A DNA stretch of 64,000 nt from the IMG/VR virus record IMGVR_UViG_3300002835_000013; one strand, written 5' to 3'. Made by a program: the position numbers and the translations under genes. The stretch comes from a virus. Under the pieces are notes generated by a model, which made no database searches, was not told the origin of the DNA, and saw nothing but the letters and a program-made list of their open reading frames with translations. This document shows, one piece after another, positions 1-12,119 of the stretch. How positions within the stretch are numbered: the first letter of the stretch is position 1; each line of letters begins with the position of its first letter.

Positions 1-1060
1 GAGCCTTGTATAGTTTTGTCTGGAAATACTTAACATCTTCCATTTCACCTAGATTGCGTGCGCCCTCTAGTGTGGAGATTTCTGTTCCTTTAGAACCTTC
101 ACGGCGTGGTAGCCAGAAATCTTCTAGCATTGATAGATGCTTACGGTCATCTTTGATTTCACCAGTATTGGAATCGTAAACTAGTTTATTACGATACTTG
201 ACCATAATATCACGAACATACTGTTCCGCTTTGACTGTTGGCATGTTACCAACGTCAATATAGAATACACGGCGCTCTGGCGCTCTTGATAGACGATAGA
301 TAACGGTAGCATCTTCAACCATTCTTAGATTGTTGAATGGCTTGATTGCTTTGTGTAGGTAAGAAAGCACCATGGTCTGCTTTGGATCCATGATACCTGA
401 ATTGACATTGACGACAGAATCGGCGGCAATCTTGGCACCTAGATTTGTACCAGAGCCAATCATTCCTCTTTCGTTATAGAGGTAATACTCAATTTGTCTT
501 TTGATTAGTTCAACGCCTGTATTTGGATCACGCATCTTTTGAATTTCACGGATCTTACGAATACGGCGTGGGTCGATATATCTTATCTCTTGAATACCAG
601 CGGCAGGTAATGCTTCGTCAATAACTACATGATAAAAAAGTCTTCCGTCAATATACCAACGACGAAACACATCATGTCCCATATTACCAAAGTTCATCAA
701 CTTGAGGATATAGTTGAACTCATCCTCAATGCGCTTCTTTAGTTGTGGGGTAAGTTTGACATCATCTAGATTGATTTCTACGGAGGTACCAGAATCTTCT
801 ACTACAATTGCCTCGTTTACGATTTCATCAATAGCAGATTCCATTTCAGGTTGAATGGATAATTCTCTATACTTTGTGATTAGTTGGGCTTCATTTCTAA
901 ATGTACCATCAAGATCAACATATGTTCCATAGTAACCAGCGCCAGCAACCGTTACCGCACCGTCGTTGTTTTCGGGCAGAGTAAATGTTTTCTGTCTTTG
1001 TTGATCTTCTAAACGAGGATCAATCTTATCAGCACCGATCTGAAAACCAAATAATTTCAC
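1..1060 (-). CDS. 20: Portal vertex protein gp20 (3' end runs off the window)
   Basis: Not in the ORF track. Read manually from GTG at 1060 (VKLFGFQIG...) after an AAGGA RBS; contains the T4 gp20 motifs FRRWYIDGRL and RAPERRVFYIDVG; lies downstream of gp19. Confidence 0.93.
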   Translation of the reverse strand, partial: MKLFGFQIGADKIDPRLEDQQRQKTFTLPENNDGAVTVAGAGYYGTYVDLDGTFRNEAQLITKYRELSIQPEMESAIDEIVNEAIVVEDSGTSVEINLDDVKLTPQLKKRIEDEFNYILKLMNFGNMGHDVFRRWYIDGRLFYHVVIDEALPAAGIQEIRYIDPRRIRKIREIQKMRDPNTGVELIKRQIEYYLYNERGMIGSGTNLGAKIAADSVVNVNSGIMDPKQTMVLSYLHKAIKPFNNLRMVEDATVIYRLSRAPERRVFYIDVGNMPTVKAEQYVRDIMVKYRNKLVYDSNTGEIKDDRKHLSMLEDFWLPRREGSKGTEISTLEGARNLGEMEDVKYFQTKLYKA

Positions 1061-1080
1061 TAGATTATCCTTTTATGAAG

Positions 1081-1107
1081 GCCTACGGGAACTGAATCCC
1101 CGTAGGC
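1081..1107 (-). terminator. Hairpin, possible intrinsic terminator after gp19
   Basis: GCCTACGGG-N9-CCCGTAGGC inverted repeat in the gp19-gp20 gap; weak U-tract. Confidence 0.55.
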
Positions 1108-1123
1108 TATAAATTATATAGTA

Positions 1124-1681
1124 TTATACACCGTCAGTTGTTGGAATTGGGAATAGAGATTCCCACCACTGATAAGCGAATGTAACACCATATTCCTCAA
1201 TCTGATCACCTGATGCCCAATCTAGATCGATTGCGGCAACATCAACAGGGAATGCTCCATAAATCTTATACTGCTTGATAATCTCGCCAGTCTTGGCAAA
1301 CTGTGTTACCATAGCTTGTGACTGATAGGCGACACCAGCTCTTGCAGCAGGATTACGAAGATTACCTACGTGTGAGTTGATATTACTTAGCCAGATTTCT
1401 AGATTGTTACGAATGGTGAAGTTTTCATCATTGATAACCTGAAATGACCAGTCTGGGAATGTTCTGGTACCAGCAACCTTAATTGTGCGTCCAAAATATG
1501 GAACTTCGATGGAAGACATCGAATCTCCTGGTAGCGATGTTGCTCTAGCCTTAAAGATAATATCTGGGCTTAGAGGTGCTGCTCCCAAAATTGGGGGCAG
1601 CGTCATCATTACTTCAAAGAGACTGGCTCTTGCACCGTCATCAACTAGACTTGCTCTAAATGTGTCAACGTTGAATGGCAT
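1124..1681 (-). CDS. 19: Tail tube protein gp19
   Basis: GARASLFEV, IEVPYFGRTIKVAGTRTF and FAYQWW motifs; follows the sheath gene. Confidence 0.95.
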   Translation of the reverse strand: MPFNVDTFRASLVDDGARASLFEVMMTLPPILGAAPLSPDIIFKARATSLPGDSMSSIEVPYFGRTIKVAGTRTFPDWSFQVINDENFTIRNNLEIWLSNINSHVGNLRNPAARAGVAYQSQAMVTQFAKTGEIIKQYKIYGAFPVDVAAIDLDWASGDQIEEYGVTFAYQWWESLFPIPTTDGV

Positions 1682-1708
1682 TTGTTTAAACTCCTTTTCC
1701 TTTATTTA

Positions 1709-3460
1709 TTAGAACTGGCCAACAATTTCGGAGAAGGCAACACCGGTGCGAACAGCAACAAAGTTAAGTTGGATAAAATTGATAGCTCTCGCTGGCTTGA
1801 TATAGATATCTCCTCTAAATTCGTTGCGGTCGATAACTTCTGGTGTATTGTTTGTTGTGTCACAAACGACCTTGAAATCAAAGATACCACGACGACCTTT
1901 TACGTCTCTTAGATATGGTTCTACTAGAGCAACGAACTGGGCTCTGGTGAACTCATCGTTGAACTCGAATAGAGAATACTTGGCTGCTCTTGTAATTGTC
2001 TTTTCTAGAACAATGAACAAGCGACGAACATTGATACGATCAAATGCGGAAGGCTTGCGCTGCATGGTCTTATCACCATATAGAACAGTTCCCTCGCCTC
2101 TGAAAGAAACAACAGGATTGATGTTTGCCTTATATAGATCGTCTCTCTGTGCCTTGTTTGGGTTCCAAGCAAGTTTTGTAACATTTTTGATCTGACCACG
2201 ATTGAAACCTGCTGGTGAGAACCATGGGTCACGATCAAAGTCAGTGCGGGCGCACAGACCAGCAACGTCGGCGTTTAGTGGTACCCAACGATAGGTGTTG
2301 TTATACTTGTCGAACTGCTTCTTCCAGTTACCATCGAAGATACCATAAGAAGAAGAATTAAATAGATTGATCTTCTGAGTGATATCGGAAACTTCGGAAC
2401 CAGCATTGTCTACGACATCCATCATATCTGGAGAAATGAAGGCTACGCAATCTCGTCTAACACCAACAACATCTTCTAGAACATGCTCTGCAACTGTCTG
2501 AGAATGTGCGCCAGTCATAACTAGAGAAATATCCGTCTCTTCTGGATCAACAAATAGATCATACGAACTTTCTAGCTGTCCATTGTTTGGAGAACCGACA
2601 ACACCACCAAATAGATTCATGGTATATGAAGAATTGGACTGTCCGAAACCTGTTCCGACAAAATGTCCTGTGTTATTCTGTGTAGCAGAAGCAAGACCCC
2701 AAGATGATGTTTCAGAAACCTGTGTAACCTCGTCCTGTGCGTGACGTAGCGCCCAAAGATACTGTGATCTCTGATTGATAACGTCAACATAGAAGTTAGA
2801 AGAACCATCGTCGTTCTTGGCATCGGCTGCCTTAGAGACGAATGGGAATCTTTCAAGAATTGTATTAGCAACGCCATCAGAGAACTTGCCTAGACGATCT
2901 TGAACAACAATGTGCATTTCGTCATTAGCGCCACCTTGTGATGCGACAAATGCTGATGTTCCTGGCACACCCTCAAATACTGATTTATAAGGCCAAGTAT
3001 CAAATGCTACTGAATCCTGATCGGCCCAGATAGAAACTCTTAGTGAGTTACCTAGATCGCCTGGATACTTGGCGGCAAACATGCCCATGGTGTTAGCAAC
3101 AGTGGCAGATTCGCCATTTAGAACATAGTTGTTTTCGTAATCATCTTCATTCTTGATGATCAAAACTGTTGAACCTGTAGTAGCGTTTCTTGCAACGTCG
3201 GTATTAGCAGAACGAACCAATCTAAGGTTATTTCCGTATGATAGGAAGTTTGCGGCAGTGAAAAATGATGTGAAGTTGTTCTGTGTTGGCTTACCGAACC
3301 AACGAACTAGCTCTAGCTCATTACCAATAGTTCTAATTTCATTTACTGGACCCCAATCAAAATCACCGGCAAACGCTCCTTCAGTGGTGGATGCGGCAGG
3401 AACGATAGTCGTTAGATCGATTTCGCTAAATGCCACTCCAGGGGAAAGTTGATATGCCAT
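1709..3460 (-). CDS. 18: Tail sheath protein gp18
   Basis: LSPGV...EIDLT N-terminus; PWFSPAG and FDRINVRRLF motifs. Confidence 0.97.
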   Translation of the reverse strand: MAYQLSPGVAFSEIDLTTIVPAASTTEGAFAGDFDWGPVNEIRTIGNELELVRWFGKPTQNNFTSFFTAANFLSYGNNLRLVRSANTDVARNATTGSTVLIIKNEDDYENNYVLNGESATVANTMGMFAAKYPGDLGNSLRVSIWADQDSVAFDTWPYKSVFEGVPGTSAFVASQGGANDEMHIVVQDRLGKFSDGVANTILERFPFVSKAADAKNDDGSSNFYVDVINQRSQYLWALRHAQDEVTQVSETSSWGLASATQNNTGHFVGTGFGQSNSSYTMNLFGGVVGSPNNGQLESSYDLFVDPEETDISLVMTGAHSQTVAEHVLEDVVGVRRDCVAFISPDMMDVVDNAGSEVSDITQKINLFNSSSYGIFDGNWKKQFDKYNNTYRWVPLNADVAGLCARTDFDRDPWFSPAGFNRGQIKNVTKLAWNPNKAQRDDLYKANINPVVSFRGEGTVLYGDKTMQRKPSAFDRINVRRLFIVLEKTITRAAKYSLFEFNDEFTRAQFVALVEPYLRDVKGRRGIFDFKVVCDTTNNTPEVIDRNEFRGDIYIKPARAINFIQLNFVAVRTGVAFSEIVGQF

Positions 3461-3535
3461 CTTTTACTCCTTTTTATAGGTTAGAATGGTTGTTTATTCC
3501 ATCTCAACCTATTTATTGTTTTGAGTGTTTTCAGA

Positions 3536-5212
3536 TTATAGTTTGCTATCCCAGTCATAGTTTAGACTATCAAAAGGATACATACTTTCTCTTCCACTTA
3601 CCCATAGGTCACCATTATCATCTTTCTCCGCATAATCATCTAAACCGTTATCAATGAATCCAAAAGGCACATTTTCAACATCTTGTAAATATGCTTGTTC
3701 TTTCTGGAGAACATATCGGATATCATTAGAAACTGTTTCTTTAAATAGTTTCTGTGCTGTCAGCCAGCCAAAATGAACGAGTGTCATCGCCAAATCGTCA
3801 TTTGAGCCCTCTTCCGCCATAAATGTCTTCTTGTTGGCAGAAAATGAGAATAGCTCGGTAATCGTATCCTCGTCATGTAGTATTAGCTTGTCGCTTTCAA
3901 TCAGCGTCTTGAGATTAGCACAACCAATCATTTTTGACTGTGCGGTAATTCTTAGACCAAATGCCAGCTTGTTCTTACCGGCAGCAAAGCCACCAGATGC
4001 CTGCATACCCTGTTTACCTTTGATCTGGAACTTTAGTAGATTTTCATAGTTTAGTTCATAATGTAGAATGTCGGCGACTTGAAGTCCGATTGAATTGATT
4101 TCAATAAGAACGAAAGCCTCATTATATCTGGTAGCGGCAGAGTAGATTATTGCCGGTAGCAGCATTGGACTTATTTCGTTGTTTCTATATTTAGCTACTT
4201 GTCTGTAAGGTATTTCCGTCACATCAAAGATGGAGAATGTAGAATAATCCAGTCCTTGACCTTCTGCTACGTCGGCGCATAGAACATATGTATGATTTCG
4301 AATAGGATCTTCAAAAACATCCATACACTCGTTTTTATAGATTGGCTCTTTCCAGTGTAGGGCAGCAAGTTTAGCGCCGTTGATAAGAGTGTTAGACGAA
4401 CCCAAGAACTCACAGCCAAACTCTTGATCGAATTGTCTTTGAGATGTGTTTCGAATAGTCTCTGCGGCCCACGCTTCGTCTCTGCCTGGTACCATGGACC
4501 AGTGAATCTCAATTGGCACATAGGTGCTAGACTTTTCGACTGCCTTTGTCCACATCTTATAGAATAAATTCATACCGTTTGGCGTAGAAACGATAACGAC
4601 CTTAGAGGTCTTACCAGACGAAATAGTAGGATAAGTTGAATTGAAAAAGTCTTCGGCAATGTTATTAGGTACGAACGCAAACTCGTCCAGAAAGATTAGG
4701 TTGAACGAGAAACCACGAACAGAGGAGCCCGATGTGGAGTCTGCCAGAACTCTTGAACCGTTGGCGAGATAGATAGAACCTTTGTTCCACTCTTTGATGC
4801 CTTGCTTGAGAAACATAGGCAGATACTCAAAAGCCAGCTTTAGCTTCTGGAGTAGTTCTCTGGCTGTAGGAGCACGGTTAGCTAGAATAGCAACTACAAA
4901 GTTTTCGTTGAATAGAACCTGATGAAGAATATAAGCGACCGATGTAGTTGACTTACCGACCTGACGTGGTAACTTACAAATAGAGAAACGATTTTCATGG
5001 AACGTATTCAGCATACGCTCCTGAAAGTCCCACATCTCAAACGGAATCAAACCACGGTCAACGTTGATGATCTTGATATACTTTTTGGAAAAATAAACAG
5101 GGTCATCGGCACATTTTAGATACTCGTCCAGCTCATGCTGTGTGAAAGCATGACGATATTGCTCGTTAGGAAGATTAGGATTATTCTGGTAACTGAACGG
5201 TGTTCGGGCCAT
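3536..5212 (-). CDS. 17: Terminase large subunit gp17
   Basis: Walker A PRQVGKS, Walker B LIFLDEFAF, STPNG, nuclease DVAEG and NDDLAM motifs. Confidence 0.97.
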   Translation of the reverse strand: MARTPFSYQNNPNLPNEQYRHAFTQHELDEYLKCADDPVYFSKKYIKIINVDRGLIPFEMWDFQERMLNTFHENRFSICKLPRQVGKSTTSVAYILHQVLFNENFVVAILANRAPTARELLQKLKLAFEYLPMFLKQGIKEWNKGSIYLANGSRVLADSTSGSSVRGFSFNLIFLDEFAFVPNNIAEDFFNSTYPTISSGKTSKVVIVSTPNGMNLFYKMWTKAVEKSSTYVPIEIHWSMVPGRDEAWAAETIRNTSQRQFDQEFGCEFLGSSNTLINGAKLAALHWKEPIYKNECMDVFEDPIRNHTYVLCADVAEGQGLDYSTFSIFDVTEIPYRQVAKYRNNEISPMLLPAIIYSAATRYNEAFVLIEINSIGLQVADILHYELNYENLLKFQIKGKQGMQASGGFAAGKNKLAFGLRITAQSKMIGCANLKTLIESDKLILHDEDTITELFSFSANKKTFMAEEGSNDDLAMTLVHFGWLTAQKLFKETVSNDIRYVLQKEQAYLQDVENVPFGFIDNGLDDYAEKDDNGDLWVSGRESMYPFDSLNYDWDSKL

Positions 5213-5639
5213 CTTCTCTTTGCTTCTTTATAGCTGACAACAATTCCGCCGCCGATCCTACAAAGACTGCTTGCTCCACGTTGATAGACTCCGCATTCTT
5301 CTTTCGAGGATCAGAATCTGGATTAGGTTCTCTCAATTCTTTCTTTTGTTTTTGTAGGGCGTATAGGTCTTTGGACGTTTCGCCAACAGTTTTGATGAGA
5401 TTAGAAACAACCTCAAAACCTCTCGCACTTTCGTTGTTCCTAGCGATTGCTGTGATTTCATCGATGGCGTCGTTTCCCTTTACGATTAGATTACGAAGTG
5501 TCTTTCGCACCAATACATAATCTTCATCTTCATCTGGCAAGTCAGATGGAGGCAAATACTCCACGACTTCCTGTTTCTTGACTTCAACAGGTTCGTGTGG
5601 TATGCCTAAAGCATCTGATAGATTTTTATCAACACCCAT
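5181..5639 (-). CDS. 16: Terminase small subunit gp16
   Basis: DYxxxRxxL, RGFEVVSNLIK and VFVGSAAEL motifs; overlaps the gp17 start. Confidence 0.9.
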   Translation of the reverse strand: MGVDKNLSDALGIPHEPVEVKKQEVVEYLPPSDLPDEDEDYVLVRKTLRNLIVKGNDAIDEITAIARNNESARGFEVVSNLIKTVGETSKDLYALQKQKKELREPNPDSDPRKKNAESINVEQAVFVGSAAELLSAIKKQREDGPNTVQLPE

Positions 5640-5648
5640 AATACTATC

Positions 5649-6041
5649 TCACAAATTTCTTAAATACGTTAGCATCGCTTCTGGAGTAGGTTCGATTTCT
5701 CCTGCTTCAAGCAAAGTATTTAATGCTTCTAGTTTCTCTCTAGGATATGAACGTAATTCTTCGATGGATTCTACTTGAGCATCAAAGACTAGTTTTTCTT
5801 CGTCGGTCATATCTCTTATTATGTATCTATCATGCCAACCATAATTTGATTTTTCATATACTACACCCTCCAGAATTTGATATCTATCTAGAGATGGTAT
5901 AGGCATGCGAGTAAATCTCTCAAATCCTTTTGGTATATTATCTTCACTGGCATTAGGATAAATCATGCGAAGATTCCAACCAGTAATTGGATGATCTACT
6001 GCCTGACCGTTTTCAACACGGATATAAAGTTCTTCTTCCAT
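5649..6041 (-). CDS. Hypothetical fibre-associated protein (paralogue of 19842-20438)
   Basis: GGAG RBS before ATG at 6041; LYIRVENGQAVDHP...PKGFERF resembles the paralogue's IIKIEDGKPVDHP...PEGYARF. Confidence 0.6.
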   Translation of the reverse strand: MEEELYIRVENGQAVDHPITGWNLRMIYPNASEDNIPKGFERFTRMPIPSLDRYQILEGVVYEKSNYGWHDRYIIRDMTDEEKLVFDAQVESIEELRSYPREKLEALNTLLEAGEIEPTPEAMLTYLRNL

Positions 6042-6049
6042 GTATTCTC

Positions 6050-6766
6050 CTATGACCAAGTTACTGTTACTTGGCCGTGTGCTCCAGGATTACCAGCAGG
6101 TGTAATTGCAGGAATTGTAGGACCACCAAAACCACCAGTGCCAACTACAATAGTCACTGAGTCTTTCCAAGCTAGACTACCGATCGCTAGAAATGTATAA
6201 GTCTTAGTTGTTCTTCCGCCGCCGCCACCATTACCGCCAAAGCCTTGATCGCCGACGCCTTGATTTCTATTTGCAACACCACCGGCACCACCAGCAGAAC
6301 CTCCACCAGTAGTAACTGAACCTCCTGAACCGCCGCCATCTTCGCCATCGGCGCCTCTTGTTAGTCCGCAACCATTAGAACCAGCATCACCACCGTTAGC
6401 GATAACATTACCAAACGATGATGAAGAACCTGGGCCGCCAGGATTACCACATGCGGCGACGATTGGTCCGCCAGCTAGAATAGCATTAAACCAATAACCT
6501 CCTCCACCACCTCCTCCACCTGCGCCTCTGACATCAACGGAAAGAGATTCATGTGCGGGTACTAGAAAGGTGTATGTGCCAGGAGTTGAATATGTTCTAC
6601 TTCCTGGCACAGGCTTACTATAAAAATCGGAGAACTTGATAACACCACGTTCTTTGCCAGCCAGCCAGCGAGCGTCCTCGTTTGTGATACCAAATGCTGT
6701 GTTACTTCCACGGCATAAGGTAGAAATCAAACTTATAGACATTACACCATTAGCGGGTAGCGTCAT
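6050..6766 (-). CDS. Glycine-rich protein, putative fibre-tip adhesin (gp38-like role)
   Basis: MTLPANGVMSIS...FSDFYSK N-terminus, GAGGGGGG motifs, C-terminal VTVTWS; follows an S74 fibre gene. Confidence 0.6.
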   Translation of the reverse strand: MTLPANGVMSISLISTLCRGSNTAFGITNEDARWLAGKERGVIKFSDFYSKPVPGSRTYSTPGTYTFLVPAHESLSVDVRGAGGGGGGGGYWFNAILAGGPIVAACGNPGGPGSSSSFGNVIANGGDAGSNGCGLTRGADGEDGGGSGGSVTTGGGSAGGAGGVANRNQGVGDQGFGGNGGGGGRTTKTYTFLAIGSLAWKDSVTIVVGTGGFGGPTIPAITPAGNPGAHGQVTVTWS

Positions 6767-8208
6767 TTCTTACCTTCTAATTCTTTTACTCTAGCTGACA
6801 ACTCTTTGATGGCTTCTACTAGTAATGGAACAATTTTTTCGTATTGAACCGTCTTATAGTTTTCACCGGATATAGAGTATTGTTTTCCTTTTTCATCTAC
6901 GGCTAGATCAAAAGGAGCGTGCTTGATTACCTGAGGCAACACCTTTTCTACATCTTGCGATAATAGACCAACTTGCTCATTTGTGTCAGTGAAACCGAAC
7001 TTGGCAGCAAGTTCATTACCTGTATACGTTACGCCTTTGAGTTTTTCAACTTTTTCCAGAGCATTCTGAATTGGCGAAATATTTGTCTTTAGTCTTTCAT
7101 CGGAATAAAATCCAGCAACTTCACCACTGACATATAGACCCGTGTTATCAAATCTGCCCATCTGTGAACCGTTATATCTAACGATAACAGGAATTGCCGT
7201 GTTTGATCCAATCGTTACTTCGGTATTGTTTGCTGTGAATATACCTAGTGTGGCAAAAGAGGAATCAGTTAGTCTTAGCGTTGATTCTGTGGGATCTGAT
7301 CCACCACCAGGATAAATTCTAACACCAAAGTTGGCTACACCAGTTCTAAATGTTGCACCAGAACCCACAATGTTGTGATGGGTATCGATTGTTACAGTAT
7401 CTTGAATGGTAAATGAACCAGTAACGGTACCATTAGCAATGTTTACTTTATTATTTGAGTTATCAAAAGCGGCATTAGCATGTCTGTAGGCAGAGTTTGT
7501 TGTCAAATAAGCTGTATTGAGAACCGCATAAACTGTATTAGTTAGAACATAGCTGGAGTTTGTTACGGTGAAGTTTGAGTTTGTTTTAAAAGATGCTGTA
7601 TTGAGATATCCATAAACCGTATTGGTTCTAGTAAAACCAGCTGCGGCATTGGTTGCTGTACCTATCGAAAATAGATATGTTCCTGAAGCAAGATCATAAG
7701 CATCATTAGCCTTTGTATAGGCTCTATTAAGTTTTTCTGCTTGTTCTACTGCGGTAGCATTAGTTAATGAAATAGTATTTGCCAGAGTGAATGCGGCATT
7801 GGCTACTGTGAAAGCAGCGTTAGCTTTTGTGTGAGCATTAGCACTATTAAAGAAACTTCCATAAGCAAAAATATTAGCTGCATTGGCAATCGATCCAGCT
7901 TCATTTGCTCTATCGGAAGCGTTATTGGCAATGATGATCGATGTCTGTGAAACTAGAATTAAATTATTAGAGGAATCATAAGCCAAATTTGCTTGATCGA
8001 ACGCAGCCCCACCAAGAAGCAATAAATCACCAGATGACTGATTTAGATCAGATTGCAATGTTTCAACGTTGGCACTTAGATTAGCCGCATGTTGATATAG
8101 TTCCGTAAAGTTATTATTGGTCTTAAGGAACGAGACACGCATGGTGTCACCCGTACCATCATTAGAACTGGAACCAATATTGATTGTTTCTTTTGAAAAG
8201 TCTGCCAT
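6763..8208 (-). CDS. Tail or neck fibre with gp9/gp10-like N-terminus and C-terminal S74 intramolecular chaperone
   Basis: INIGSSSNDGTGDTMRVSFLKTNNNF N-terminus; YSDERLKTNI...LLVEAIKEL C-terminus. Confidence 0.8.
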   Translation of the reverse strand: MADFSKETINIGSSSNDGTGDTMRVSFLKTNNNFTELYQHAANLSANVETLQSDLNQSSGDLLLLGGAAFDQANLAYDSSNNLILVSQTSIIIANNASDRANEAGSIANAANIFAYGSFFNSANAHTKANAAFTVANAAFTLANTISLTNATAVEQAEKLNRAYTKANDAYDLASGTYLFSIGTATNAAAGFTRTNTVYGYLNTASFKTNSNFTVTNSSYVLTNTVYAVLNTAYLTTNSAYRHANAAFDNSNNKVNIANGTVTGSFTIQDTVTIDTHHNIVGSGATFRTGVANFGVRIYPGGGSDPTESTLRLTDSSFATLGIFTANNTEVTIGSNTAIPVIVRYNGSQMGRFDNTGLYVSGEVAGFYSDERLKTNISPIQNALEKVEKLKGVTYTGNELAAKFGFTDTNEQVGLLSQDVEKVLPQVIKHAPFDLAVDEKGKQYSISGENYKTVQYEKIVPLLVEAIKELSARVKELEGKK

Positions 8209-8246
8209 TATACTCTACTCTATGAATGTTTGTATTTATTTAGTTA

Positions 8247-9867
<1,621 letters not shown>

Positions 9868-9868
<1 letters not shown>

Positions 9869-10767
9869 TATGGCGTTCCAAACGGATTGATTTCGGATAG
9901 ATCAAGAATAGTCGTTGTCTCCTGAACAAATTCTTCGTTATCATAATCATCATATAGATTGAAATCTGTTCGATTATCGTATGCAGTTGAGCGATATATT
10001 GTCTGTGAAGTATTACCGTATACATTAGCGTTTGCTCTAAACTGACCTTCGATATTATATAAGAACATTGTACCATTTGCCTTATACCATTCTTTGACAG
10101 TAGCAGAGGCATAATTATTGGCCCACGTTCCATCGTCAGATTGATAAACAACTTCACCATCAAAGTAGCTGGTATTAAAAATATTTACCGGTGTTGTTTG
10201 TAGTGTTAGTTTGGTTGTATATGAAACTTCTTCGGCTACTTCATCAATCTCATCAATACCTGTATTGATTTCTTCTTGACTATAACGGAATGCCTCGCAG
10301 CGAAGTTCATAGACGAATGGAAGTCTATTACCTAGAGAATGAAACATAAGTTCTTGTTCAACAAACTTAATCTCAATCAAACTCTGTAGAAGTGGAATAA
10401 AAAGCAGATCACCTTCTTGTGGACGTTGTCTTATTGTAGAAGGCAAAATCTTTTTAAATGACCGCATAGAGATGATTAGATTGGATGTTTCTCTAATCTC
10501 CAGTCCAAACTTTGAGAAGAAGTCATTATCCCCTTCGAAACCTGCTACATTGGTAAGGTATGCTTCTATCAGATATGCCTTTTCGAACTTAGATTTTGAA
10601 TACTCACCAAAGATCATATCACCGGCGTCAAAAGACTCACGAGGAATGTAATAGATGTTTTGTCCCATAATCTGAATCGATTCGACAATAACATCTTCCA
10701 TGAGTCTATACTCATTATTCATTCGATTCTGTGTTGGGAAGTTATTGAAGTATCCGTTTACAGGCAT
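9868..10767 (-). CDS. 14: Neck protein gp14
   Basis: ESIQIMG..YYIPRE, SKFGLE, RPQEGDL and terminal INPFG motifs. Confidence 0.92.
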
Positions 10768-10768
10768 A

Positions 10769-11518
10769 CTAACCTACCAAAAAGCCAGGAGGAGCTTCGT
10801 AAGTATTTCTAATCTGTTCTTCAATTTCTCTAATCTCTGTCATCGCCTCCGCATAGATATCAGCGCCACGCATTGTTACACCGCCTGGTAGCTGCATCTT
10901 GTCAAACTTGGACATGTTCTGACCCCACTGACGCTTGACATAAGCTGTGGTTAGCTTTTTTAGCATACGATCATTCCATACCTGTGTGTATACGGTAGGA
11001 TCGGTGATGACAAAGCCTTCAATGATGATAAACTCGCCATCGTTGATATCGGAATCCCAGTCCCAATCGATGTATAGCTTGTCGGTAAGTCTATTGAAAC
11101 GAATCGGAGTCTCGCCTGTAAAGATTAGATCAAGCGTGGCGAGATGCTGCATTGTAAGAGAGTAGTTGACATAGGACGTGGAAGACAAGTCCCATAGATC
11201 ATTTAGACGAAGCTGATATCTAAGGTCGAACATATTCATGGCCATCTTGTTCTGGCCAACCTTGAATACTCTGGTAGCACCAATGAGAGAATCTGAAACA
11301 GTAACGTAACGATTGACCTTGTCTGTATTGGTAACCTGATGCTTTACATATGTTCGTTCGGTGCCGTTGAAGTGAAACTCGTTCCAAAACTCAAATGCGA
11401 GTTCCACTGCATCGTTTACCTGCTCGTCATCCACGTTGATTTGCATGACAGGATAACCTAACTGTCTCAAACAAAATTCTTTCAGTTCTTCTTTATTAGC
11501 TGGTTTGTTTAGTGACAT
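10769..11518 (-). CDS. 13: Neck protein gp13
   Basis: LRQLGYPVMQINV and KRQWGQNMSKF..LPGGV motifs. Confidence 0.93.
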   Translation of the reverse strand: MSLNKPANKEELKEFCLRQLGYPVMQINVDDEQVNDAVELAFEFWNEFHFNGTERTYVKHQVTNTDKVNRYVTVSDSLIGATRVFKVGQNKMAMNMFDLRYQLRLNDLWDLSSTSYVNYSLTMQHLATLDLIFTGETPIRFNRLTDKLYIDWDWDSDINDGEFIIIEGFVITDPTVYTQVWNDRMLKKLTTAYVKRQWGQNMSKFDKMQLPGGVTMRGADIYAEAMTEIREIEEQIRNTYEAPPGFLVG

Positions 11519-11535
11519 AGATTATCCTTGTCGAA

Positions 11536-11715
11536 TTAGTTTATTACTTTATCAGCAAGAGGACCTTCTGGACGATTTTGCTGAATCTGAGCATCTGCTT
11601 GCTGACGGACAATAGTAAAAGTCTCTAGACTTGCTTCCAGTGGTAGCTTGGCAAGACCTGCTAGAATAATATTCATCTGATTTAGATTCACTTCAATCTT
11701 GATAGTATTTTCCAT
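11536..11715 (-). CDS. Small hypothetical protein (59 aa)
   Basis: Below the track cutoff. MENTIKIEVNLNQMNIILAGLAKLPLE...; AGGAG upstream; fills the intergenic gap. Confidence 0.7.
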   Translation of the reverse strand: MENTIKIEVNLNQMNIILAGLAKLPLEASLETFTIVRQQADAQIQQNRPEGPLADKVIN

Positions 11716-11729
11716 GATGTTTTCACTCC

Positions 11730-12077
11730 TTAGTTAGTATTTGCGGCTGATGCCCATGGTAGAGTAGCTTCTATTGCTGGATTCTTTTTTTCATCAATTT
11801 GTTTCTGAATTTGCGAATTAACATGATCTCCATATGAACCAACAACAACGGCTTTGATCCACGTTAGAACATCTTCCTCCGTCAATTCGGAGAACGGTAT
11901 GAATGTTGTTCCTGCTGGCATAGAATTGATAGAAAATGGAGTAGCACCTAAAAACTTACCTTCAAACTCTCCATCTTTACCAATCTTCTCCCAGTATGTC
12001 TGAACAATAACATCGGAGGCATCATTTATCGTAGCTGTTTTAAGTCCTGTCACTTTCCAAGTGTATGTGATAGCCAT
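11730..12077 (-). CDS. Conserved fibre-associated hypothetical protein
   Basis: MAITYTWKV...FIPFSELTEEDVLTW...LPW pattern, common downstream of S74 fibre genes. Confidence 0.65.
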   Translation of the reverse strand: MAITYTWKVTGLKTATINDASDVIVQTYWEKIGKDGEFEGKFLGATPFSINSMPAGTTFIPFSELTEEDVLTWIKAVVVGSYGDHVNSQIQKQIDEKKNPAIEATLPWASAANTN

Positions 12078-12119
12078 AACCTTATCCCCTTACCTTATGA
12101 ACATGTCTATTTAGTTGTT

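Noticed and set aside
1-5212. Introns or inteins in the portal, sheath or terminase genes
   Set aside because: The ORFs are continuous and of normal length, with no intein or homing-endonuclease motifs.
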